Source: a virus (lineage: Duplodnaviria; Caudoviricetes). From it: DNA of 63,128 nt. The notes below the pieces were generated by a model, which was given only the letters and a program-made list of their open reading frames with translations, was not told where the DNA came from and searched no databases. Within the stretch, counting starts at the first letter, position 1; every line of letters starts with the position of its first letter. Below are positions 22,401-29,824 of the stretch, piece by piece. The translations under genes were made by a program, and so were the position numbers. The stretch spans positions 1 through 63,128 of IMG/VR virus record IMGVR_UViG_3300025266_000001; one strand, given 5' to 3'.

Positions 22401-22664
22401 ATAGATCTTCTTCAGGGATATGAAAACCAAACGGATATGAAGAGATATAATCCGAGTCTTTGGGCAGATACTTTTGGACCAAACTCTCCCGACTACTACT
22501 CCAATCAGCAGAAGCTAAAAGAGAAGAGTAACCTTAGAAAAGAAAAACAAAGATTAAAAGATCTTGAGAATGGATATTATCCTTTAAAGAAAAAAGGATT
22601 GTTTAGTGGACAAAAGAAAAAGGGATTGTTTAGCGGGCAAAAAAGAAAAGGACTGTTTGATTAA
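13461..22664 (+). CDS. Giant internal virion / polyvalent-type protein with zincin HExxH domain
   Basis: 3067 aa; Gly/Ala hydrophobic segment near the N-terminus; PHEIFH...EERLAE metallopeptidase motif; four RQQK motifs; no RNAP DxDxD loop recognised. Confidence 0.65.
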   Translation: MNEDYLLELYSFLGTQDQTFSQDVAFEQFVLDMGNESYAGNIRGFLAEKDPNFGKDVSLDEFLIDIKKKDGVEVVDSVSEAGPLDLQQPSVTKEKITEEDFFQGGFGDALRAFDSISPIGLGDFVDDMARSIASGRAQGLTSENAADLMIYGAGSSEEDIESFLEANKNSQNYGASAEMQDYQRIYEEEGKGVWGVVKGLAHNPSVLNEVILTSLSSLANNSDAMIAGGAVIGTSAGVGALTAGTAATAVVPVVGTVVGAAAGAYSGAVAAMPYAFGAASAMVEMGATFSELLQEELGNQEMTAENVREILEDPEKFTSIRNKAIARGAIIGTLDAFTGKVASGVGAKILTSSAKKSVTGMATRGGVMKSIGTGAGIESIGGSAGESLARAAIGQDQDISDIMLEGVTNLPGGVRSTLQARLSKPIYKVNGKKETAQTIDELIATMTPDQLASSDIKISNDYEGRAKKIQDIIVTGKTRQLVALANPELNDATLDAITALELQVKSFENNKTETGKSKVSELKAAIADLQEIQLADEVSQDVKNTFESLESSEQIQRKTEAGRVLLEEKTTALGPDSQENVSITDEEITQRALEIFSKEKPISNNNINKQYNQLSPKLKLTYVEQASDIMQEEAEDQGLTEFNFTEEDINERAAILLNEDLQGSKLQVEDNESVVGTSVDKKGRTVTYISKTTKKDGVTKTSFNFNRDDKDASQRGAAGVTLDEGLPDGYKVSENDAIEGYEITKVYEVREGDNGNNAATVEFTSPEESFRGEVVLEETNEVAKTPQKETQASDKVDEINKRREEELDSKAGRVFPITIENTKENSNLIKEKKNQEKKIDEINAKYDSEIANLTNEEQADIETFFSPDSKVDDTNTLSGSNLGINRNKAPKLNSQQNKNKNRLVRIAEMGAKAIAKVLPDVRMVLHESNEEYLRFAKEGKGRAEYHPENNIIHINLSEATTSTVPHEIFHAVLINKIKGDPAIAKAAEAMMLSVRKSLSNNSELAQKIDKFAAAYTGTQEQFQNEERLAELIGILSSAEAFKGLSKPTKNIIIQWLKDFAKKYGIKIGSDFGKKDSDVIDLLNTIARKTRTGEEIEESDIKSLEELDSGTNPVGTPTKIEPSKSRQQKIKFKDSYNKSLVNSSLSIDLNALIEDIHTKNQKVWFWVADQLGIDKELGLDGGPSFAHQNPNEIWASGMKLKAIEKNIAETDYLFIISGSPTQSQLFNKKVYDNTIEKLGDFNTFKDQAISTNAKSEIIQVLEAHDSWASLREDSTTDTAAKKKTPNKEAIDKKIGTGRKKFLYALGKTQNTPNTKFTQYMNSIDGYTDQNTFRDGFYRENDFKQNDIMLVLKPTGVQAGSNHSTYENTVLGEVVGVPDTKIDASEIMPNEMRIKMEGKPRNNTSQSVAPYGSGRRNIEPKSKSATRQQKSYKKSDLSSKNMIGFLDSLENALGINENGEQIDSGDGVIPKFINNGIIDKDLLAGVLLYEAPQRVLFISVNPTLEVVNFLELLNSQLNDKLILGTISYIKDQLPYLEKTKNIVDEKMGIMEDLGGSKKASLSDKIKSQQTAQSSLALKMKVGKAMTETINKTYDAIWKKYIEEDNGTKSLDNKSPSVRQQKDDYKPNDPVIVTRPVEVINAPKGVFVNVGMIEGQTDVEISQETIESRLPKDVKIIKSKVKKKEVGETEDTLLLKLSRPLTNTEMKDFLVSNKQQAIGQMVDGKGILYGNDQTEIDDNWGGEFSPQYFPTFNGTVLKSSPKARQQKDNERESSLERAMSEIDNIISKSKKRGTKFSKIPQNVVNYLQGTKVYEESTDVQREQMVRDVRELLGIKEKKAPSVKRILGDLKSAKTFTLTDKQLVIKTIKDLNRGANTAVKSFRIASQILAKEFTGMVKSGNLTIRQSAALVRKFSKVDMLSDASIENFVEYMARVVNNADYLNQISKARKLASRAKKNITKKIGIADAISNQLRTIFSIKPTLIPESVFQNYLSLLEMFGENAAVLSPSNISEVNEMTQDILRVMDEEFSMVEELAQRYEAYDTKVEKDGNINFAETVKNMLNENLIDETEADLMMKHRSSIVPSVEKTVKTEAEIQAEKDQVIKNILESKKVSSSSLPSRDEVLLAKKFKSLVKNKEVLNNLSLEDLNQIEKLIQNINNGYLPHLSQIMTEKMNAIIDGNKLSSAIKSAKIPRFSKMYAKLKNIILRNKRGAISEAIRRNPLYYIDQVFGNFKSKAIFNSLFERSSVAQEKFSVDLKSENGKIDKAEQEVFKSFKRDGNKTLISKFKQMVYMIQLEHDSNIGNPEVNQASGFIKKTIEKIDAGETTFTMDDAVMLQEIYDKFSFKDSNGKSLEIDIDKLYKSFNKAEVESIKTIQEVNRGLGEKAVFTSAIIRGDKISPRDNYVHLNVLADTKSEASVAPTTISDFNKSLRPSTKAKSLIKRQGVTSAINFDIYASARKGVKGVLLDYHLTEPIRTARRTIIQAEAALKGNKTRVDTGDRETLTAIKEAFNEVVENLLTNSYTETSIGSEALKWIQKNGYRAILASAPRWVAELSSNAAFAMITNPVSFIAGSKFGVRFLNSDVASKSMRALGSKQTTRVYPNDDMSARMVDSRLLNQTEGVRGGRAEGKVKNKLKQIWNTTGKKYQGAVSVVADGLISTPDKIVMRPMWFGKFSNEFKKITGISPDFDKISEQDEAYMSKYELELNQSTKVADETSVMTGSTANPFMGILKGTSNPNQHITVKAFNAFNNFMTTFLIYEYVTARTGIVNAIGRGHLTKTKGAQLLAGSVTRMVMYTMMSQVLSEALGGLAEDEPEEPKDIEKKLGQAFASTFSSMLFGRDFGNSTKAIVNWGLEEFNKEYLDGLRDGDYDVYKDSIQYQIVPKSKSGKGTSIGDWLVNMSASLGPMVKTIDLILKKATEGPKKTEGAIQRRSDEISIRIPLEVLGNTGFIPMYKDVRKLVLKSMYDGMAQKAAASKDKKQRAIDLLQGYENQTDMKRYNPSLWADTFGPNSPDYYSNQQKLKEKSNLRKEKQRLKDLENGYYPLKKKGLFSGQKKKGLFSGQKRKGLFD
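22587..22661 (+). repeat. 27-nt coding tandem repeat (KKKGLFSGQ, about 2.8 copies)
   Basis: C-terminus KKKGLFSGQKKKGLFSGQKRKGLFD. Confidence 0.85.
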
Positions 22665-22761
22665 TAAAAAAGTCAACAGAATTGACCGAAATCGAAAACC
22701 ATTGACTTGATGTTTTAGCGTACATCAAATATACGAATTTTAATTTTAAAACCACATAGCT

Positions 22762-22953
22762 ATGCCATTTAAAAGTGAAGCACAAAGAAAGTTTATGTAT
22801 AAGAATCATCCGGAAATTGCGGAGCGTTGGACTAAGGAAGGTAGTAGCACTACCCAACTCCCCGAAAGGATTCATCCTAAGAAAAAGAAGAAGAGTAAGT
22901 TTGCAAACGAGAAGCCTATGAAAAAAATACAGAAAATATTTAGGAGAAATTAA
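22762..22953 (+). CDS. Small basic phage protein (MPFKSEAQRKF type)
   Basis: MPFKSEAQRKFMYKNHPEIAERW, an N-terminus common in phage hypothetical proteins. Confidence 0.7.
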   Translation: MPFKSEAQRKFMYKNHPEIAERWTKEGSSTTQLPERIHPKKKKKSKFANEKPMKKIQKIFRRN

Positions 22954-23365
22954 TCTCCCATAGGTTTTCACCTTTAGATATATCTAAATATGATATCTCT
23001 TTTTCAATTTTTTCTCTGTCTCCAAAGTCTGTGTTTCTAGGTAGCATTTTCTTTTGCCAATCCAAAACAATATCTGAAATGTAAAACCCCCAGATTCCTT
23101 TGGGGGTTGAATTAATATACACAGGTTTTGTGCCGTACTGTTCAGCTCTATCTATAAGAGCATCATACTTTTTCTTTTCTAATATCAATGTGCTGTAATG
23201 GGTCCTCCGACATTTTAATTCTATATCTAAATTAAACTCAGTAGAAAAACAATCAGAGCTTGCGTACTTAGAGGCGCTCTTAACTAGATCAGAAATAAAA
23301 TTTTCCTTTATCCAAGAAAATAAATTCTCCTCCCTATTTGGGATAGGCGATGTGGTATTACTCAT
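22940..23365 (-). CDS. PD-(D/E)xK nuclease-like protein
   Basis: SDC...DIELKCR motif. Confidence 0.5.
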   Translation of the reverse strand: MSNTTSPIPNREENLFSWIKENFISDLVKSASKYASSDCFSTEFNLDIELKCRRTHYSTLILEKKKYDALIDRAEQYGTKPVYINSTPKGIWGFYISDIVLDWQKKMLPRNTDFGDREKIEKEISYLDISKGENLWEINFS

Positions 23366-23546
23366 CCTTAACAGAGGTGTCTATATCATTTAAGGTAGAC
23401 ACCAGCCCTGATATAACGGCGGATAGCTCTTTAAACTCACGATCCACTAAGCACTCATAAACAGAGTTACAAGAGTCGTGTATGTTATCCATCAGGTTGT
23501 TGATGTGTATTAGCCTTTCGTTGTCTTGTGCTGATAATTTAGTCAT
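23358..23546 (-). CDS. Hypothetical protein
   Basis: Tightly coupled ORF in the minus-strand operon. Confidence 0.7.
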   Translation of the reverse strand: MTKLSAQDNERLIHINNLMDNIHDSCNSVYECLVDREFKELSAVISGLVSTLNDIDTSVKDE

Positions 23547-23548
23547 CT

Positions 23549-23773
23549 TTAATGATTAAGAAATAAAGTTCCCATTAGGGGGTTTATTTTTTTGATTAAT
23601 AGATATATCTTTCTTGATTGTATTCGAGCTTCTTCCTTTGTTTTTTTAGTAGAGTCGGTTCCTAGGTTACAGTATATATCACAATCAATTCTAAGTAGTT
23701 CATCTATCTTCTTCTGGTCAGACCAGCTCTTAAACCCCGCAATTTTATCTATGTCGTTGGTATTATATTCCAT
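23549..23773 (-). CDS. Hypothetical protein
   Basis: Tightly coupled ORF in the minus-strand operon. Confidence 0.7.
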   Translation of the reverse strand: MEYNTNDIDKIAGFKSWSDQKKIDELLRIDCDIYCNLGTDSTKKTKEEARIQSRKIYLLIKKINPLMGTLFLNH

Positions 23774-24326
23774 TATAAAATTTATTTAACTTGGTTTCTG
23801 TTTCCTCTTCTCTGCCTAGGCGAGTACGTTGCACTACGATATCAATAAGCTTTTGAACCCGCCCTGTAGATGAGGTAGTGCGATCTCTCTCTCTGTTTAA
23901 TTCCTTTTTTAAATTATCTATTTCCAAATATAGGACTTTTTTTTCTATATTTATAGATATAATATCGTTTATTAACCCTCTGTTGCGGTATAACAGGGAG
24001 ACATTTTCATTGCTTGGTTCATAAGAATTGTTAAGAGTCCTGTCAAAATCTCTTTTTACTAATGTAAATTTTATATTAAAGTCTTCGTCTGTATGGAGAT
24101 ACATATCCAACTGCTTCATATAATGTATAATAGTGGCGTGGTGTTTTTCTATAAGGTTCCCAATGTCTGCAAACCCATAACCCCTTCTTCTCATTAACAC
24201 TCCAAAAGTGACACGGGCATTTACGTTATTTATTTTTCTATTTTTATCTAACAGTTTACATTGAAAATATTCTTCACATAACTTCATTAAAAATTCTCCG
24301 TCTTTGATAAGGTTTTTGTTCTTCAT
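23763..24326 (-). CDS. DnaA C-terminal-like HTH protein
   Basis: RKINNVNAR...FADIGNLIEKHHATIIHY resembles the DnaA domain IV signature (IG..F.RDHTTV.H). Confidence 0.6.
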   Translation of the reverse strand: MKNKNLIKDGEFLMKLCEEYFQCKLLDKNRKINNVNARVTFGVLMRRRGYGFADIGNLIEKHHATIIHYMKQLDMYLHTDEDFNIKFTLVKRDFDRTLNNSYEPSNENVSLLYRNRGLINDIISINIEKKVLYLEIDNLKKELNRERDRTTSSTGRVQKLIDIVVQRTRLGREEETETKLNKFYNGI

Positions 24327-24391
24327 AGTGTGATTGAATTTAATTATTAATTAATATTTTAGTAGATTTCATTTACAGATAGCTTAAGAAA

Positions 24392-24631
24392 CTACCCTCT
24401 ATACACCTCTGTTTTTAATCCATATTTTTCTAGCTCTTTTAAACGATACTCTTGGAGCTTAGATAGTTTCCCTTTTGGAGTCTTCACCTCGCTAAAGAGC
24501 ACTTCAGTATTTGGTGGTATGGCAATTATATCAGGTATGCCATTCTTGTTTGTTTTGATAAGCTTAAGTACGTAGTAGCCCTCGCCCTCTAGTTGCTTAA
24601 TTCTTTTAGATTGTATTTGTTGCTCTGTCAT
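24392..24631 (-). CDS. VRR-NUC / resolvase-like nuclease
   Basis: EQQIQ...GIPDII...FSEVKTPKGKLSKLQ. Confidence 0.8.
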   Translation of the reverse strand: MTEQQIQSKRIKQLEGEGYYVLKLIKTNKNGIPDIIAIPPNTEVLFSEVKTPKGKLSKLQEYRLKELEKYGLKTEVYRG

Positions 24632-24744
24632 AATGTTAAAAATGGTTGCTAGGTTCTAGATTATAAGGCTCGAAAGTTTTAAATCTGCATTGCTTTTCAA
24701 ACCTAGCCCCCACCTATTATAGTTCCGTCAGGATAGTAAAAAGT

Positions 24745-25047
24745 TTATTCACTTAAATTTAATTCTTTTTTAACTTCCTCCCAATACTCACTGGTATATT
24801 TATCTACATCTTGATAGTTTGGGGGTCTGCCATTTACTGATGGCAAGCACCTCACTAACTCATCTACACATATCAAAGCAGACAACCTAGCTAGTAATTC
24901 AGTTTCTTCTTCTAAAAGTTTACCGTATTCTTGGCTACCATCTGCACAATTAATGCCGCTTATAAATTCTGGAATATGAAAATCAGTTTCCATAATTAGT
25001 TCACTAAACTTATAAACTAACTCTTTTGCTTTTTCTTGTGGTGTCAT
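24745..25047 (-). CDS. Hypothetical protein (MTPxEKAKEL family)
   Basis: MTPQEKAKELV...ICVDEL...YWEEVKKEL; paralog of cassette gene 33286-33513. Confidence 0.75.
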   Translation of the reverse strand: MTPQEKAKELVYKFSELIMETDFHIPEFISGINCADGSQEYGKLLEEETELLARLSALICVDELVRCLPSVNGRPPNYQDVDKYTSEYWEEVKKELNLSE

Positions 25048-25310
25048 AATTTATCTGTATTTTTTCCTAAAAATTTTAACCCCACTTCAAGTATTTCTTT
25101 TGCGTTACATCTATATAAGTAATCTATTTCGTATTTTTCAGTGGCAGTTTCTAGTTGGTATTTAAGTAAGCCTGTAGCATAACTAACAAATGATTCTTTT
25201 TCATCTTCACTACAGGCATCATAAGATTGTAGGGCTAATGCTAAATTTAATAATCTTAAGGCAAAAGTCTTATCTTTTACAATTCTATTTTCTTTTATTG
25301 GATTTTTCAT
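25044..25310 (-). CDS. Hypothetical protein
   Basis: ATGA overlaps with both neighbours. Confidence 0.7.
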   Translation of the reverse strand: MKNPIKENRIVKDKTFALRLLNLALALQSYDACSEDEKESFVSYATGLLKYQLETATEKYEIDYLYRCNAKEILEVGLKFLGKNTDKL

Positions 25311-26794
25311 TTATGATCTTTATTAAAATGTCTTAATGTATAGTCCTTCTTTTTGGTCACTGCCTTGTATATGTCTTTCTCAATTCCCCCTTCGGAGAAG
25401 ACCCAATACACATCAGACTCCAGCCTTTCTTTAGTGGTCATCCTGTCCCTTGATTGCCAATAACTGGTGGCACTAAAATCTATGTTGTAATATACTAATG
25501 CCTCAGCTTTTTGTAAGGATATACCCTCCCGTCCGGAGACTATTTGTAGGGCTATAGATTTTTCTGTGGTATCAAAAACCTCTAGGTCTGTACATAGCTG
25601 ATCACCGTACACCTCCTTTAGCGCGTTTAGCTCCTCCTTAAATTTATAGAAGATACCTATCTTCGCATACTCAAAGTTATCATAAATGTATTCAGCTTTA
25701 GAGAGGTCTAAGATAGTAGAATTTCCTGATTCAAACTTCACGGTTCCGGAATAAATTTGATGTAGCTTCATCATCAGCTTTACAGGAGTGTCGGCTAATA
25801 TCACCTCTTCTCTCCCCTCAACAACCAAATCTCTTTTTAACTTAGAAGCAATCTTGTAAGTCAATTCTGACATCTTCACGAACAATGTGTGTTCCCTTGT
25901 GTCAACCTTAAAGCCAGCCTCTTTCTGCGTGTAGCTAATAGTGTATGGACACATAGCATCAATAATAGTTTCAAGTCCCTTAGAGTAGTCCTTAATCATC
26001 AACCCGTTGATCTTACGCTCTGTTATATTAGCGTAGTCATCAGAAAACCTATAGAAATTTTTGTACGATGTAAAAGGATTTCCTTTTATACCATATACCT
26101 GATGATACATTTGGCAATAGGATTCCGGAGTTGGGGTTCCAGACAACAGAATCACATACGGATCACAAAGCTTTATCATATCCCTAACTTGCTTAGCTCT
26201 ATTGCTCGGCTTTGGGAACGCCCCCATACCGTGAGCCTCATCAAGCACAATAAAATCCCACTTAGTATTAGGAAGTTTATGTATACTCTCGTAGTTGATG
26301 ACAGTCAAGTTGTGCTCAGGACCTAAAAGAGTGTAGTCATTCTCAATACTACTTATTGCTTTTTTCTTTGTGAGAAACAAGACCTCCTTGGCTCCAGATT
26401 TATCAGCAATCCCTAATGAGGTTAATGTTTTTCCGGTTCTAACCTCCATAGCTAGGTACAGAAATCTTGATTTTTTTAAAATCTCAGACCCTTTGATTAT
26501 TATTTCTTTCTGATAATCTCTAAACTCTATCTGTGTTTTTGTTTTCATTCTGTAGTGTTTTACACTTCTGTTTATCTTAGATATTGTTTCTTGAGGCGTA
26601 CTGTGTTTTAATCTTTTATTAATAAAAGAAGCCTTACCCCTTCCAACCTTTACCTCGACAGTTTGGTTTACAACACTAGCTAACAACGAGCATTGCTTAT
26701 ACATCATAAGATCAGAGTATCCATATATTCTCTCTATTATATCCTCTTTCATTGCTCCGTAGTTAGTGGCTTTATTGATACAATCTCCATCCAT
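25307..26794 (-). CDS. SF2 (SNF2-like) helicase; start uncertain
   Basis: FRDYQ, MEVRTGKT, INYE, LDEAH, LSGTP, GREGISL, QSRDR motifs. Confidence 0.85.
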   Translation of the reverse strand: MDGDCINKATNYGAMKEDIIERIYGYSDLMMYKQCSLLASVVNQTVEVKVGRGKASFINKRLKHSTPQETISKINRSVKHYRMKTKTQIEFRDYQKEIIIKGSEILKKSRFLYLAMEVRTGKTLTSLGIADKSGAKEVLFLTKKKAISSIENDYTLLGPEHNLTVINYESIHKLPNTKWDFIVLDEAHGMGAFPKPSNRAKQVRDMIKLCDPYVILLSGTPTPESYCQMYHQVYGIKGNPFTSYKNFYRFSDDYANITERKINGLMIKDYSKGLETIIDAMCPYTISYTQKEAGFKVDTREHTLFVKMSELTYKIASKLKRDLVVEGREEVILADTPVKLMMKLHQIYSGTVKFESGNSTILDLSKAEYIYDNFEYAKIGIFYKFKEELNALKEVYGDQLCTDLEVFDTTEKSIALQIVSGREGISLQKAEALVYYNIDFSATSYWQSRDRMTTKERLESDVYWVFSEGGIEKDIYKAVTKKKDYTLRHFNKDHK

Positions 26795-29154
26795 TTACCC
26801 ATACCATCTCTTCCGTCTTCAGGAATCTCACCTGTGGTAAATTTTGCGTATTTAAAAAGCCATTTATAAAACTTATTTTTAGATATAGAATCATTACCAT
26901 TTGGAGCATAATCGGAATTAAGCTCAATAAAATCAAAGTATAATATTTGCATTGTTAATCTCTCATTAACTTTTAGTAATGGATTTTTTATAAATCCATC
27001 AATCAATCCACACCATTCTGCAAAATCTTGATTAGTATCCTGAATAAATTGTCTTGTTTTAACATTTACAAATGTAGATTCAATTAATCCCTTACTAAGA
27101 AACAACATTAAACAGTAAATCATATAGTTATCAAACTGGCACCACTCATCATCATTCCAATCAGCAAAAAAGTGTTTACCAAACTCATCAAGAGGAGTGT
27201 GGTTTTTATTATAACATTGATGAACCTCAAGTTCCCATTTCCTTCTTGCAAAGGAATTACCTGAACCACTGATGGCATAATTGGTGGTGATAGCAATCTT
27301 AGGAGACTTAGAGAACGGTATCTTAATAGCGTCCTTGTTCTTCTTCTCTAGAGTAAGTCCCTCTGTTACCACAGAAAATAATCTCTCAAAATTAAAATGC
27401 TTCTTCACATCATCAAAACATAAGATCTGCGTGTCTGCTGATACCAGTTGATATGGGAACGATCGCTCAAAAGCAAACTGCTTACCATCAATAACTACCA
27501 ACTTCTTCATCTGACTAATAGCATTCATAAACAACCCCTTGCCTGTTCCTCCTTCTGGATTGTCAGATATAACCTCATCATTTAATATTACCGCAGGGCA
27601 GTAAGACAGGTTCTTATACCCGTGCATAAGGAACCCAATTGTAGACTCCATTGTTTTCACACGGTCCTTGTCCTCTGCGCTTATACGTTTTATAAACGTC
27701 TTATAATCACACTCTGTATCCTTGCATATGGTAAATTTTCTATCTATAACGTGGTCCTTCCACACATATCCCCCTAAATCAAGATAGTCAATAGGCTCCA
27801 CCCCTTTGCTTGTAACTTTTACCGCACAGTTTTTATAGTACAAGTACGATATGTCCTTAGAATCTTCAATGAAATAGATATCTATAGTTGAAAGAAGTGT
27901 AAGAAACTCTTCCTTAAAAAATCGAGTTTGGTCTGCAAAATAATTATAGATAGACATATCGTCCAACTCTATAACGTGGCTCAGTATAAAATCCTTAATC
28001 TCTTTGTCAGATGTGTGATCAATAAGATTGTCGGTTACCTTAACAAACACATAGTTCTTTCCCCCTTCCGGATTGAACTTAAAAAAACCATTCTCCTCAA
28101 GGAACGTCTTAAATAAAATATGAACTATTTTAATTGTTCCCTTGTCGCTTTTTTCCCAAAAAGTTTTTTGAGCAGTCTCCTTCTCAATACGATTTAATAC
28201 CGACTCTATTAGCTGACTATCAATTGCGGTTTCTTCTAGTTGATAGCGGATTTCCTTTTTTGATACTCCTCTGATTAGTTTTGTTTTTATTTGGTTTATT
28301 TTATCCTCATCCTCGTAGTACTTGGTTCCAAAATTGTTCTTGTTAGAATATGCTGAGTCTAATGTTCTTTTTATTTCTTCAAGAGAGAAATCATCAGATG
28401 CGTATTGGTTTAAAATATATGCGGCTAATGATTCTGCGATTCCGTAGTCGTTAAATGCCATTGCAAGGACGAACACATTTTGGTTTCTATGCCCCTCAAC
28501 CATTGGATATTTTTTAGACCACCATTTTACAAGTATATCAACCACTTTGTTTTCGTCGGTAATTGGAAGCGTAGCTATATCACGATTCTTTACAATCTCT
28601 ACGTACTCTGGCTCCTCAATTTTATCCCATACAGATGAGTTCTCGTTAACATATATCAGAGGATCGTAAGACTCGTAGCATACTCGTGACACGTTCTTTA
28701 CCACCTTATCAAAGTTTGGAGAATCAAAATGTTTCTCAAGGGAGTTGAAGTAATTTACGTGGTTATCTTTATCTGCCGGTATCTTTACCAAAACCTTTAG
28801 ACCATTTCCAGAAGGAGATATAAATACAGAGAACACGAACTTGCTCTTGCATAAGTTCTCCTTGTCTTGCAATAAATCTTTTTGTTTTGGGTATCCATCA
28901 AAGTCTAAACAGATAATACCACTGTGCTTAGAAATGGATAGATCGTTTCTCTTTGTGAAGATGCCACTGAAGCAAACTGCGGGCAATAATTTCTTTAGGT
29001 CGTTTCTTTCTGCTTTATTCTTTTCTTTTCGTATTGACTTTACAAGCTCTTTAGTTGCTCCTTCCTTGATTCTATTGAGAACAACGCTAACCTGTCTGTG
29101 GAAGGGAGCTTCTGTTTCCTTTATGTTTTTGAAGATTGTGACTGTTTGATTCAT
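26749..29154 (-). CDS. Primase-helicase (VirE-N/BT4734-like primase + PriCT + P-loop ATPase)
   Basis: KKLLPAVCFSG, HSGIICLDFD, FISPSGNGLKV, GHRNQ, EGGTGKG, FDDV, TTNY. Confidence 0.85.
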   Translation of the reverse strand: MNQTVTIFKNIKETEAPFHRQVSVVLNRIKEGATKELVKSIRKEKNKAERNDLKKLLPAVCFSGIFTKRNDLSISKHSGIICLDFDGYPKQKDLLQDKENLCKSKFVFSVFISPSGNGLKVLVKIPADKDNHVNYFNSLEKHFDSPNFDKVVKNVSRVCYESYDPLIYVNENSSVWDKIEEPEYVEIVKNRDIATLPITDENKVVDILVKWWSKKYPMVEGHRNQNVFVLAMAFNDYGIAESLAAYILNQYASDDFSLEEIKRTLDSAYSNKNNFGTKYYEDEDKINQIKTKLIRGVSKKEIRYQLEETAIDSQLIESVLNRIEKETAQKTFWEKSDKGTIKIVHILFKTFLEENGFFKFNPEGGKNYVFVKVTDNLIDHTSDKEIKDFILSHVIELDDMSIYNYFADQTRFFKEEFLTLLSTIDIYFIEDSKDISYLYYKNCAVKVTSKGVEPIDYLDLGGYVWKDHVIDRKFTICKDTECDYKTFIKRISAEDKDRVKTMESTIGFLMHGYKNLSYCPAVILNDEVISDNPEGGTGKGLFMNAISQMKKLVVIDGKQFAFERSFPYQLVSADTQILCFDDVKKHFNFERLFSVVTEGLTLEKKNKDAIKIPFSKSPKIAITTNYAISGSGNSFARRKWELEVHQCYNKNHTPLDEFGKHFFADWNDDEWCQFDNYMIYCLMLFLSKGLIESTFVNVKTRQFIQDTNQDFAEWCGLIDGFIKNPLLKVNERLTMQILYFDFIELNSDYAPNGNDSISKNKFYKWLFKYAKFTTGEIPEDGRDGMGKWMEIVSIKPLTTEQ

Positions 29155-29243
29155 TGTTGTGTTGATGTTATGTTGATTTTGTGTTGATTTTTTAACCCTA
29201 ACTTCTTGATCCTCAGTATGACTACTCTTTGTGTTGATTTTTT
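29155..29243. repeat. About 90-nt dispersed repeat with TGTTGA iterons, copy 1 (origin candidate)
   Basis: Aligns with 45118-45204; followed by an A/TA-rich tract; abuts the primase start. Confidence 0.75.
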
Positions 29244-29335
29244 ACTACGTATATAAGAAAAAAAAATAATATATATAGTAAATAATATATATATAGTATA
29301 GGGGGTCTTTTCCTTTTTCAACATCGACTAGAGCT

Positions 29336-29363
29336 AAAAAAAGGGGAGTTAAATTTCTCCCCT
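29336..29363 (-). terminator. Intrinsic terminator after SSB
   Basis: AGGGGAG...CTCCCCT stem with A7 on the + strand. Confidence 0.75.
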
Positions 29364-29386
29364 CTTTACTACTCTAAAAGACTGGT

Positions 29387-29671
29387 CTAGAACGGCAGAT
29401 CCTCTACCGGAGCGGTCACTGGTACCGGAGCGGTCACTGGTACCGGAGCATCAGTCTTTGGTTGAGCCTCCCAAGTATCCAACTCACAGTAAAACCCTCC
29501 CTTTTGGGATTGCTTTATGTCGATGTTAACCCACCCGTTCTTTTGGTGTTGGTTTAGAAAGGCAATACCCTCGTCTACTTTAATTGATTGTTTTCCAATC
29601 ACCCACTCTGGAGCGTTCTCTTGTCTCTTAAATGAGAATCCATCTGCGAAAATTTTTGGTTTTTGTTCCAT
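29387..29671 (-). CDS. Putative single-stranded DNA-binding protein
   Basis: Likely start MEQKPK; GWVNIDI, YCELDTW, acidic EDLPF tail; 18-nt PVPVTA repeat in the linker. Confidence 0.65.
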   Translation of the reverse strand: MEQKPKIFADGFSFKRQENAPEWVIGKQSIKVDEGIAFLNQHQKNGWVNIDIKQSQKGGFYCELDTWEAQPKTDAPVPVTAPVPVTAPVEDLPF

Positions 29672-29824
29672 AACTTTACAAGTTTTTAATATTAATTGAT
29701 TGATCCAATGTTTCCATCGTAGCGAGAATGATATTATCTTTCTCTTTACGGGTGCTGACATCCATCGGAATTTTTAATATCAGCACACGGGTATTAGGTT
29801 TAAATAATCTTTTTAAGTAATTCA

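Noticed and set aside
13461-22664. crAss-type virion RNA polymerase
   Set aside because: No catalytic DxDxD loop was recognised, and host-type promoters are present.
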